Of a stretch of DNA of 64,000 bases, positions 55,375-64,000 are shown in pieces. Position numbers and translations under genes: made by a program. Source of the stretch: an uncultured Pseudomonadota bacterium (GTDB lineage Bacteria; Oederibacteriota; Muellerivitia; Muellerivitales; Muellerivitaceae); NCBI GenBank assembly GCA_963836235.1, contig CAWIIP010000004.1:192001-256000 (forward strand). Reading direction: 5' to 3'. Within the stretch, counting starts at the first letter, position 1, and every line of letters starts with the position of its first letter. Below the pieces are notes generated by a model that worked only from the letters and a program-made list of their open reading frames with translations, made no database searches and was not told the origin of the DNA.

Positions 55375-57793
55375 ATGGTCATGGCGGATTCAAGCGAATG
55401 GGTGAAAAGATTCGAGGAAGTGGGTATGCGGGACATCCCGTTGGTGGGCGGCAAGAATGCCTCCCTGGGTGAAATGACACAAAATCTCGCGAAAGCGGGA
55501 GTGAAGGTGCCCGAAGGTTTTGCAATCACCTCCAAGGCCTATTGGGATATTTTGGAGCAAAACCGTTTAGAGGGCGCGCTGGATCACCTGGCCGCAGAAG
55601 CGGAAAAGAGCCCGAAAAAACTCAAGACCGTGGGAAAGGCCGCGCGGGGTCTCATGCTTCACGCCCAATTTCCCATGGAACTCACATTAGAAATTCGCCG
55701 TGCCTATCGGGACCTTTGCGAGAAAGCAGGGGACGGGAATTTGGCGGTGGCGGTGCGTTCGTCCGCTACCGCGGAGGATTTGCCGGACGCTAGCTTCGCG
55801 GGACAGCAAGAAACCTTCCTAAATGTCAGGGGGGAAAAGGCGTTGTTGGACGCCTGCCGAAAATGTTACGCCTCTCTCTTCACCGACAGGGCCATCAGTT
55901 ACCGCATCGAGAAGGGTTATTCTCACACGAAGGTGGCCCTGTCCATCGGCATCCAGCGGATGGTGCGCTCCGATATCGGAAGTTCAGGGGTCATGTTTTC
56001 CATCGATACTGACAGTGGCTTTCCCAAGGTCGTCCTCATCAACGCGGACTATGGACTGGGGGAAACAGTGGTACAGGGCGAGGTGGATCCGGACGAATAC
56101 ATGGTCTTCAAACCCCTTTTGGAAAATCCCGGATCTGATTCCTATTCTGGAAAAAAAGCGCGGGGGCAAGAAAGTCAAAATGGTTTACCGCCCGGGGGGA
56201 GAGGGCACCCAACTTAAAAAAACCAGTTCGAAAGAGCAAACGAGCACCGTATTGACCAATACGGAAATACTCCAATTGGCCAAGTGGGCCGTTCTGGTGG
56301 AAAAGCATTATGGCAAGCCCATGGATATGGAATGGGCCAAGGACGGGAAGACGGGGGAACTTTACATGGTTCAGGCCCGGCCTGAGACCGTCCAATCCCG
56401 CAAAAAGGCCGGGGTATTAAAGAAGTATAGTTTGAAGGAAAAAGGCCAAGTTCTTCTGACTGGAATGGCGGTCGGGGACGGCATCGCCTCGGGCCAAGTG
56501 TGCCGGGTGAAGAGCGCCAAGGAGATCGCCAAATTCAAGGAAGGTTCCATCCTCGTGGCCGAGATGACCGATCCGGACTGGGTGCCCATCATGAAAAAGG
56601 CCAAGGGCATCATCACGGACCATGGAGGCCGCACTTGCCACGCCGCCATCGTGAGCCGGGAGCTGGGCATCCCCGCGGTCGTGGGCACGGCCCGGGCGAC
56701 CCATATCCTCAAAAGCGGGCAACCGGTCACCCTTTCCTGTGCCGAAGGGCTGCAGGGCGAGGTGTATCAGGGTGAACTAGCCTTCGAGGAAAAGGAGATC
56801 CGGCTGGATCAAATGGCGGACACTCGGACGCAGATATTGATGAACATCGCCAGCCCCGACGCGGCTTTCCAGTGGTGGCACCTTCCGGTCAAGGGAATCG
56901 GCCTGGCCCGGATGGAATTCCTGGTAAGCGACACTATCAAAGTTCATCCCATGGCCCTAGTGAATTTCCAAAAGTTAAAGGACAAGAAAGCTAAACGGCA
57001 AATCGCCGAAATCACCCAAGGCTATAAAGATAAAACCGAATATTTCGTGGATAAGCTTGCCCGGGGACTTTGCCAAATCGCGGCTACCCAGTATCCCTAC
57101 CCGGTTATCGTGCGCTTGAGCGACTTCAAGACCAATGAATACGCCAACCTCATCGGCGGGGCGCCCTTCGAGCCAAAGGAGGAAAACCCCATGATCGGCT
57201 GGCGGGGCGCGTCCCGCTATTACAGCCCTGGCTACCAGCCGGGTTTCGAGCTGGAATGCAAGGCCTTGAAGCGGGCGAGGGAAGTGATCGGGCTGGACAA
57301 TATCGTTGTCATGGTGCCCTTCTGCCGGACCACGGGGGAAGCGGATAAGGTGTTGGCGGTCATGGAAAGCCAGGGGTTGAAGCGGGGGGAGAAGGGTTTG
57401 AAAGTTTACGTGATGTGCGAGATACCCGCCAACGTCATCATGGCCGAGGAATTCGCCAAGCGCTTTGACGGCTTTTCCATCGGTTCCAACGACCTGACCC
57501 AATTGACCCTGGGGGTGGACCGGGACTCGGGGGTCCTTAGCAAGCTTTTTGACGAGCAGGACGAGGCGGTCAAGCGTTCCATCGCGGAAGTCATCCGCCG
57601 CTGCAGGGCCACCGGCACCAAAATCGGCATCTGTGGCCAAGCCCCTAGCGATCATCCCGATTTCGCGGCTTTTTTGGTGGAATGTGGAATCGATTCCATT
57701 TCGCTCAATCCCGATTCGGTGGCGGCGGCTTTGAAAAGTGTGGCGGAACAGGAAGCGAAACAAGAGAAAGGCCGGGGGAAGGGGGCGGCATGA
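55375..57793 (+). pseudogene. ppsA: Phosphoenolpyruvate synthase split by a +1 frameshift near 56128-56132 (or sequencing error)
   Basis: GGKNASLGEM, VRSSATAED, TCHAAIV (phospho-His), GSNDLTQ, ICGQ; removing one base gives ..LLENPDLIPILEK.. Confidence 0.85.
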
Positions 57794-57936
57794 ATCGAGA
57801 TTGGCACTCGCGCCATAAAATGCCGAAAAAGCCGACTGTTGAGCAACGGAAACGATGGCATTTAGGTCACGCCGAACATTGCGGGTGCCGGCCCATTCCA
57901 CCGGGTTTGTTAAGGAAAGTTGGAAAGATGAAATAA
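57790..57936 (+). CDS. Small His/Cys-rich protein (48 aa)
   Basis: MNRDWH..HKMPK.PT.EQR..WH..HA..CGCRPIP; ATGA overlap with ppsA. Confidence 0.6.
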   Translation: MNRDWHSRHKMPKKPTVEQRKRWHLGHAEHCGCRPIPPGLLRKVGKMK

Positions 57937-57985
57937 CCGAGTCTGAGCCTTTGTGGTTCTTTTTGAAAAGTAAGAGGAGGCGGCT

Positions 57986-58792
57986 ATGAAAACTAAAATG
58001 GGAAGCCGATTCGGAAAGAAAATCGAGGACTGGATCGGAGAAGCTTGTTTTGGTTGCTTGGAAAATACCTATATTCCAAAAGCTTTGCAAAAGCAGGTAT
58101 CGAAACTTTTTAAAAGAAACAGAACTCAGTCCACCCCGAAACCCACCCCTTTAAAGGTTACGACCCGCCCGTTGAAAAACAAAGGGTTACTGGGAATAGG
58201 CTTGTTCATTTTTGGGGCGGCTTTAATCCCGTTCCGGTTATTGGCCCAGGAACTGGCGCCCAATCAAAAGTGGATTGAACAGGCCGACGCCGGTTTTGTC
58301 TTTCCCGTCAGTACCAATGTTTCATCGGTGTTCAATGTGGGCTTGGGGGGAGACATTCTGGTGGGCTATCGATTCGACCGCAATTTCAGCCTTTCCACGG
58401 ATTTGGGTTATTACGATTGTGACCAGAAGGGGCCTTCCGGCGCGGCGGCCGGGGAATGGATTTACGTGCCCTTAATGGAAGTGGCACGGTACAACTTCGG
58501 TTCCGGCAGGATCCGGCCATATGTCCTTTTGGGGACGGGCGTGGCTTTCAATAATTACCATGAAACCCTCATCAACCTGGGCCAAAGCCTGGACCTCAGC
58601 CGAGTGGGAACCGATTTTTTATTGTCTCCCGGCGCCGGGGTCTTGTTTGTGGTTTACAGCGACGCGGCCGTTTATCTCCAGGCGAGGATGGACATGAATT
58701 TCACGCCGAATAGAAGCTTAAGCAGCCCCGTGGTGGACAATCCGTCAATTTTTATTCCCGTCAAGGCGGGATTGAGCTTTTTCGTGCTCTGA
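57986..58792 (+). CDS. Outer-membrane beta-barrel protein (OmpA-like barrel)
   Basis: Amphipathic strands, RPYVLLGTG, IPVKAGLSF; true start may be internal. Confidence 0.65.
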   Translation: MKTKMGSRFGKKIEDWIGEACFGCLENTYIPKALQKQVSKLFKRNRTQSTPKPTPLKVTTRPLKNKGLLGIGLFIFGAALIPFRLLAQELAPNQKWIEQADAGFVFPVSTNVSSVFNVGLGGDILVGYRFDRNFSLSTDLGYYDCDQKGPSGAAAGEWIYVPLMEVARYNFGSGRIRPYVLLGTGVAFNNYHETLINLGQSLDLSRVGTDFLLSPGAGVLFVVYSDAAVYLQARMDMNFTPNRSLSSPVVDNPSIFIPVKAGLSFFVL

Positions 58793-58802
58793 TCCGGAAA
58801 CT

Positions 58803-58818
58803 TATGACTGCGGTCATA
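58803..58818. promoter_or_regulatory. Palindromic Crp/Fnr-like site, copy 2
   Basis: TATGACTGCGGTCATA. Confidence 0.6.
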
Positions 58819-58871
58819 AAGGTTTTAGCCAAGCCGTCCTAGGATGAGGTTAAGGGAAGAAGAGGTGTTCC

Positions 58872-59213
58872 ATGGCGGATGAAAGAAACTCTTCGGAAAA
58901 AAGTCAAACCGGTTTTTTTCAGACGGCGGGGAAAGCCTTCGATTTTTTGGCCGCTATCCGGATTTTTTTCACCGAAATCAAGGAGTCGATCCTACAGCAT
59001 TGGGATTGGTTCCTTCGCCGGGTGGAGTATCTTTTTGTCGTTTATTTGTGGATTTCGGTCGGCATTCTTTTGATGGTCCTTGGAATATTCGACCTCTTAA
59101 TCGACTTCTGCCGGATCTCACGGGGAGTGGTATTTTCTCTCGGCGGATTGTTGATTTTACTGGTCGCGGTCATTTTTTTACAGGCGGCCAAGATGAAAAG
59201 ACGCGGAAAATAA
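58872..59213 (+). CDS. 2-TM membrane protein (YqjE-like)
   Basis: Two TMs; neighbour of DUF883-like gene. Confidence 0.5.
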   Translation: MADERNSSEKSQTGFFQTAGKAFDFLAAIRIFFTEIKESILQHWDWFLRRVEYLFVVYLWISVGILLMVLGIFDLLIDFCRISRGVVFSLGGLLILLVAVIFLQAAKMKRRGK

Positions 59214-59230
59214 AATAAGAAGGGGGAATT

Positions 59231-59581
59231 ATGGCACTCAAGGAAAAGGCTTCGGCCGCGTGGAGCGAACTGAAGCAGAAATTGCAGGATAAGGAAAACC
59301 GGCGCAGGGTGAAAGAGGAGATTGAGAGGCGGTTGAAGCAGGGACGGGAGGCTTTTGACCGCGTCGAAAAGGAACTCAGGGATCCCGAGAATGAGGCGCG
59401 GTTGGAAAATAAATTATTTGACGCCCAGCGGAAATTGAAAAAAGCGAAGGCCGAATTCGCGAAGAAGAAGGCTGAAGCCGTCAATTACACCAAGGACAAT
59501 CCCGAAAAGGCGCTAGTGATCGCGGCGGCGGCGGGGGCCTTGGCGGGGGCTCTTTGGACAGTTTTAAAGCGAAAAAAATAG
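59231..59581 (+). CDS. DUF883/ElaB-like tail-anchored protein
   Basis: Coiled coil then Y.KDNPEKALVIAAAAG TM and basic tail. Confidence 0.7.
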   Translation: MALKEKASAAWSELKQKLQDKENRRRVKEEIERRLKQGREAFDRVEKELRDPENEARLENKLFDAQRKLKKAKAEFAKKKAEAVNYTKDNPEKALVIAAAAGALAGALWTVLKRKK

Positions 59582-59593
59582 GACGGTGGAACC

Positions 59594-59788
59594 ATGATGA
59601 AAAACGCGCATAAAAAGGAACCCCGATTCTCCGATGCGGATATTTTAAAGCCTGCGCATCATCAGTTGAGGGAAGCGGCTTATTACCGCTGGTTAGACCG
59701 GGGGATGCCTGAGGGGGAAGGACTGGAAGACTGGTACGAGGTGGAGAATAAGTGGAGGGACAATATCGTTCCTTCCCGAAATGATTAA
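59594..59788 (+). CDS. DUF2934 protein
   Basis: REAAYYRWLDRG..EG..LEDW..E. Confidence 0.8.
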   Translation: MMKNAHKKEPRFSDADILKPAHHQLREAAYYRWLDRGMPEGEGLEDWYEVENKWRDNIVPSRND

Positions 59789-59844
59789 AACAACTTTCAA
59801 AAAGGATCGGAGTGAATAACGTAGTAAGAAGCAAGGAGGATGTC

Positions 59845-60057
59845 ATGACGATGATTAAAGAAAGAAAAACGGTGTCAAAGCATTTGGAGACGGGGAAGCC
59901 TGTGGAAAAGATGACCAAGGAAGATCTGGAAATGGCGGCTTATTTCCATTGGCTGGGCCGGGGATGCCCCAGCGACGACGCGCTTACCGATTGGATCGCC
60001 GTCGAAAAAAAATGGGGGCAGGAAGCTATTTCCGACAAAATGGACGTGCAGGCCTGA
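59845..60057 (+). CDS. DUF2934 protein
   Basis: AAYFHW..RG......DWIAVE; ATG after AGGAGG. Confidence 0.75.
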   Translation: MTMIKERKTVSKHLETGKPVEKMTKEDLEMAAYFHWLGRGCPSDDALTDWIAVEKKWGQEAISDKMDVQA

Positions 60058-60077
60058 AAGCCGGTTAAGGAGGAGCC

Positions 60078-60416
60078 ATGAAAACGGAATTGATGGAAAA
60101 ATTCAAATGGCGCATGGCCAAGTGGCTTTGGGCGCCGCCAGGAGAGATGCCCGTCTCCGATAAAAAATACGCCGAGTGGATCAAGCCCGAGGGAAAGCCC
60201 GTCAAAAACAAAAGACAGCGCCAACCATTGGCGGGGCGCGGAACTCCCCTGGGTGGAACCAGGCCCATCGAGGAATTTTACCATCGGGGCCCTTATTCCC
60301 GGCATGAAGCGCGGGCCCGCCATACTCCCAAAGCGGCATTGCCCTTTAGGGGTAAAGGTTTCAAAGTGGAGAGGCGCTCCAATCGGAGCAAAACCCGCAG
60401 GGCGGAAGGGAACTAA
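60078..60416 (+). CDS. Basic hypothetical protein
   Basis: RBS AAGGAGG. Confidence 0.45.
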   Translation: MKTELMEKFKWRMAKWLWAPPGEMPVSDKKYAEWIKPEGKPVKNKRQRQPLAGRGTPLGGTRPIEEFYHRGPYSRHEARARHTPKAALPFRGKGFKVERRSNRSKTRRAEGN

Positions 60417-60419
60417 GTC

Positions 60420-61028
60420 ATGCATCACATCATGGCGAAATTCTGGTGGATATTAGCCGTCCGGGGGATTTTAGGGATTCTCTTGGGTCTGGTTTCCATT
60501 GGGTGGATTATCGCCTTGAACGGATATTATCCGGATGGTTTTGGTTTGTCCCTTTTCGCGAAGTGGGCGACGATCGTCGCGACGTTGGTTTTGCTCTTGG
60601 GGCTTTACGCTTTTCTGGACGGTTTTTTTGCCGTTCTTTTGGGGGCTCAGGATTATGGGGACGGCCGCCGTTGGTGGACCCTTATAGTGGAGGGCATCTT
60701 GAGCATCGGTTTGGGGGTTTTAACTTGGCTCAAACCGGATTCGGTTTTGTTAATGCTCCTCTATTGGGTGGCGGGTTGGGCTTTTCTCACGGGTTTTCTG
60801 GAAATTTTCCAGGCTTTTGACTTGAACGAATATAAGGAAAGAAGGCGTCCCCTATTCTTCGCCGGGCTTTGTTCCGTAGTATTCGCGGTGTTGATCCTCG
60901 CTTTCCGGGAGGGTGGAATAACGCTCGTCTGGCTGATGGGAACCTATGCCTTCGCTTTCGGAATCCCCCTGCTTGTTTTTGCCTTCCGTTTACGCAGTTT
61001 TACCCCTGTTTCCCATCGGACCCGATAA
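60420..61028 (+). CDS. HdeD/DUF308 membrane protein
   Basis: WWILAVRGILGILLG, GLYAFLDG, WA..TG..EI, AFRLR. Confidence 0.85.
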   Translation: MHHIMAKFWWILAVRGILGILLGLVSIGWIIALNGYYPDGFGLSLFAKWATIVATLVLLLGLYAFLDGFFAVLLGAQDYGDGRRWWTLIVEGILSIGLGVLTWLKPDSVLLMLLYWVAGWAFLTGFLEIFQAFDLNEYKERRRPLFFAGLCSVVFAVLILAFREGGITLVWLMGTYAFAFGIPLLVFAFRLRSFTPVSHRTR

Positions 61029-61161
61029 CCGCCGGTTCTTTAACTTTCCTAAAAAACCAAAATTTACGCCTTTTTTCTTCAACTTTCCCTTGTGACTTGG
61101 CGAAGTAAAACAGTAAAATTTTTCATTCTGTTTTTACCTTCTATCCGGGAAAGTCCTGCCA

Positions 61162-62370
61162 TTGAAGAAACAAAAGAAGGTCAAAAAACCAGTCGTTAAA
61201 GGACGAGCAAAACCCAAGTCCCTTTCAGGATTCAAGGAACTTCGTAAGGCCGGAGACCAGGTGGACCGGTTCAAAGGGGTCTTGGAAGCCGCGCCCGACG
61301 CCATGGTTATTGTGGGAAAGGATGGAAAGATCATCCTGGTGAACGCCCAGACCGAAATCCTTTTTGGTTACAACCGGGAGGAATTACTGGGCCAACGTAT
61401 CGAGATCCTCATCCCAGAGCGTTTTCGAGCCCATCATCCGGGCCAACGCGGCGGCTATTTTGTTTCCCCCAATGTAAGGCCCATGGGTCCGGGACTCGAT
61501 CTTTACGCCCTTCGGAAGGACGGGACTGAATTTCCGGCGGAAATCAGCCTGAGCCCGGTAGAGACACCGGATGGCATTTTTGCCACCGCCGCCATCCGGG
61601 ACATTACCGAGCGCAAAAGGCAAATGGAGGAAGAGAACCGGCGCATGCAGGAAGCCAGCCGCCTCAAGAGCGAGTTCCTGGCTAATATGTCCCATGAGCT
61701 CCGAACTCCCCTGAACGCCATCATCGGTTTTTCCGAACTGATGTACCATGAAAAGGTCGGCCCGGTTTCGGAAGAACACAAGGAATACCTGGGCGACATC
61801 CTCACCAGCGCCCGGCATCTTCTCCAGCTCATCAACGACGTGTTGGACCTGACCAAAGTGGAAGCAGGCAAGATGGAGTTCCGCCCTGAAGTCTTAGATT
61901 TAGTCAAAGTTGTCCGGGAAGTGAGGGACATCTTGAGGGGTCTGGCCAGCCCGAAAGGCATCCAAGTGGAAGTTCAAATCGACCCCCTCCTCACGAAAGT
62001 GGTCCTGGATGGTTCGAAATTCAAGCAAGTGCTTTATAACTACCTGTCCAATGCCCTCAAATTCACTCCTGATCAAGGGCGGGTAACCATTCACCTGAAC
62101 CCCCTCAACCAAACTATGTTTCGCCTCGAGGTAGAAGACACGGGCGTTGGCATCAAACCGGAAGATATCCACAAACTTTTCATCGAATTCCAGCAATTGG
62201 ACGCGGGTTCGGCCAAGAAATATGCCGGGACAGGCCTGGGGCTGGCCCTGACCAAACGAATCGTGGAGGCCCAGGGCGGGAAGGTGGGAGTTCGGAGCGA
62301 GTTTGGGAAAGGAAGCGTATTTTTCGCCGAATTCCCGATCGAAATGAAGGGGGTGTCCGGTGGCCGGTGA
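61162..62370 (+). CDS. PAS-domain sensor histidine kinase
   Basis: PAS/PAC; [14 protein letters not shown]; NALKFT, DTGVGI, GTGLGL boxes. Confidence 0.93.
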   Translation: MKKQKKVKKPVVKGRAKPKSLSGFKELRKAGDQVDRFKGVLEAAPDAMVIVGKDGKIILVNAQTEILFGYNREELLGQRIEILIPERFRAHHPGQRGGYFVSPNVRPMGPGLDLYALRKDGTEFPAEISLSPVETPDGIFATAAIRDITERKRQMEEENRRMQEASRLKSEFLANMSHELRTPLNAIIGFSELMYHEKVGPVSEEHKEYLGDILTSARHLLQLINDVLDLTKVEAGKMEFRPEVLDLVKVVREVRDILRGLASPKGIQVEVQIDPLLTKVVLDGSKFKQVLYNYLSNALKFTPDQGRVTIHLNPLNQTMFRLEVEDTGVGIKPEDIHKLFIEFQQLDAGSAKKYAGTGLGLALTKRIVEAQGGKVGVRSEFGKGSVFFAEFPIEMKGVSGGR

Positions 62371-62743
62371 AACCATCCTGATCGTGGATGACAGTCCTAT
62401 CAATTTGAAGCTGGTAAAGGTGTTATTGATCAAGGAAGGATACCAGGTGCAAACCGCTATTGACGCGGAGGAGGGCTTAAAATCCATCCAGGTTTCCAAG
62501 CCCCGATTGATCCTCACGGACATCCAGTTACCCGGCATGGATGGACTGGAAATGACAAGAAGGCTCAAAGCCTCTCCTGAAACCGCGGATATTAAGGTGG
62601 TTGCCTTGACGGCTTACGCCATGAAGGGTGACGAAGAAAAGGCCCGGGCGGCGGGCTGCGACGGTTATATTACCAAGCCAATCGATACCCAGGCCCTGCC
62701 GGGTTTGATAGCGAAGCAACTCCAAAATGGAAACGGAAAATAA
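62360..62743 (+). CDS. Single-domain response regulator (DivK-like)
   Basis: [19 protein letters not shown]. Confidence 0.92.
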   Translation: MAGETILIVDDSPINLKLVKVLLIKEGYQVQTAIDAEEGLKSIQVSKPRLILTDIQLPGMDGLEMTRRLKASPETADIKVVALTAYAMKGDEEKARAAGCDGYITKPIDTQALPGLIAKQLQNGNGK

Positions 62744-64000
62744 AGTGAGCAAAATCCTCGTCGTGGACGATGACGCGATTGAACGCCGGCTCTTGACCAC
62801 CCTTCTGGGCAAGGTGGGAGGTTACGAGGTGGTGACGGCCGAAACAGGCCGGTTGGGCTTGGAGCGGGCCGTCGAATCGGTGGAAGCGGTTCTTTTGGAC
62901 CTTCAACTTCCCGACATGAGCGGCATGGAGGTTCTCCAGAAACTCAAAGCATCACGCCCGCAGCTTCCGGTGCTCATGCTGACCGGGGTGACCGACATTC
63001 AAAAGGCCGTGGAAGCCACCCGGTTGGGGGCCTACAACTATCTCACCAAACCTTTTGAGAATGATCACTTGCTCCTCAACGTTAGGCACGCGCTTGAGAA
63101 AAACGAGCTTCTGGCCCAAATGGAGGAACTCCGCCAGAGGGCGGGCAAGGGCCCGGCCCTCAGCCGTATCTTGGGAAAAAGCCGTGGCATCGAAGAAGTA
63201 CTTAGCCAGATCAAAAAGGTGGCCGGTTCCACCCTCACGGTGCTAATTCAGGGAGAAACGGGAACAGGCAAGGAACTGGCGGCCCGGGCACTGCACGAGG
63301 AAAGTCCAAGGCGCAATAAGCCCTTTGTGGCCATTGATTGCGGGGCCTTGGCGGAAAATCTTCTGGAATCGGAACTTTTTGGCCATGAAAAGGGAGCCTT
63401 TACCAGCGCGGACCGCCGGAAAGAGGGGCAATTGGTTCTTGCCCAGGGAGGAACCCTTTTCCTGGATGAGGTGGGAAATCTCCCGGTCGGCCTACAGGCC
63501 AAATTGCTGAGGGTTTTGCAGGAACGTCAGGTGAAACCAGTGGGCGCTGAAAAATCCATTGCCATCGATGTCCGTTTCATCGCGGCGACCAACGTGCCGC
63601 TAGAAGAAGAGGCCAAGGCGGGAAAATTCCGACAGGACCTTTATTACCGCTTGGCCGAGTTTACCCTCAAATTGCCACCATTAAGGGAGCGGCGGGAAGA
63701 CATCTTGCCCTTATCCCAAAAGTTTCTGGAAGAAGCCTCCTTGGAACTCAGGCGTACCGTCGGATCTTTTTCGGGAGATGCCGAAAAGCTTCTTTTGGCT
63801 CATGTTTGGCCCGGCAACATTCGAGAACTTCGCAATGTCGTCCGCCAGTCGGTTTTGTTGGCTTCGGGCCCGATTGTTCAAGTAGAACAAATCAAAGATC
63901 TTTTAAAGGGAACCTCCGCCTCCCTGGAATCGCCTGGGCCGGTGGAGGTGCCCATCCTGCCGGGACAATCGCTCAAGCAAATCGCTGAGAACGCCGTGGA
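62727..64000 (+). CDS. NtrC-family sigma54-dependent response regulator, runs off window end (not in ORF track)
   Basis: KILVVDDD receiver; GETGTGKE, ESELFGHEKGAFTSA, FLDE, WPGNIREL read from DNA. Confidence 0.9.
   Translation, partial: METENKVSKILVVDDDAIERRLLTTLLGKVGGYEVVTAETGRLGLERAVESVEAVLLDLQLPDMSGMEVLQKLKASRPQLPVLMLTGVTDIQKAVEATRLGAYNYLTKPFENDHLLLNVRHALEKNELLAQMEELRQRAGKGPALSRILGKSRGIEEVLSQIKKVAGSTLTVLIQGETGTGKELAARALHEESPRRNKPFVAIDCGALAENLLESELFGHEKGAFTSADRRKEGQLVLAQGGTLFLDEVGNLPVGLQAKLLRVLQERQVKPVGAEKSIAIDVRFIAATNVPLEEEAKAGKFRQDLYYRLAEFTLKLPPLRERREDILPLSQKFLEEASLELRRTVGSFSGDAEKLLLAHVWPGNIRELRNVVRQSVLLASGPIVQVEQIKDLLKGTSASLESPGPVEVPILPGQSLKQIAENAV

Noticed and set aside
56100-56220. 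Programmed ribosomal frameshift in ppsA
   Set aside because: No canonical slippery heptamer at the break point and no precedent known to me for ppsA
56975-58090. 371-aa minus-strand ORF and similar long antisense ORFs
   Set aside because: Shadow frames of GC-rich genuine genes (ppsA, kinase, umuC, int)

Overview
Most of the window is a tandem array of related integrative conjugative elements (ICEs) inserted at the 3' half of a tRNA-Thr(TGT). An identical 50-bp att core lies at 5213-5262 and 53917-53966. Bases 1-5262 are the right end of one ICE. Bases ~5213-53966 are an apparently complete ~48.7-kb second ICE. Both end in the same cassette: VirB4, VirB8-like, TPR-GGDEF, SpoVG-like, Xis, Int. 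The complete ICE carries a coupling protein and a Replic_Relax-like protein, and a large defence-type cargo (MBL + E2/E1 + JAB operon, PIN-GNAT/ASCH pair, RloC-like ATPase, TA pair, NDT-like, HNH-DGQH, type IIG R-M). It also has umuDC/SRAP, a hairpin-rich leading region with ardC and a hammerhead ribozyme, and an atypical T4SS operon. After the second att are a Zn-ADH, a frameshifted ppsA, small stress-type genes and a PAS-HK/RR/NtrC cluster. The top hypothesis is a cyclic-dinucleotide-controlled excision module: an atypical GGDEF sits in the core operon, and the excisionase begins with a conserved [DE]RRxxDRR motif. All calls come from reading motifs by eye; no searches were run.
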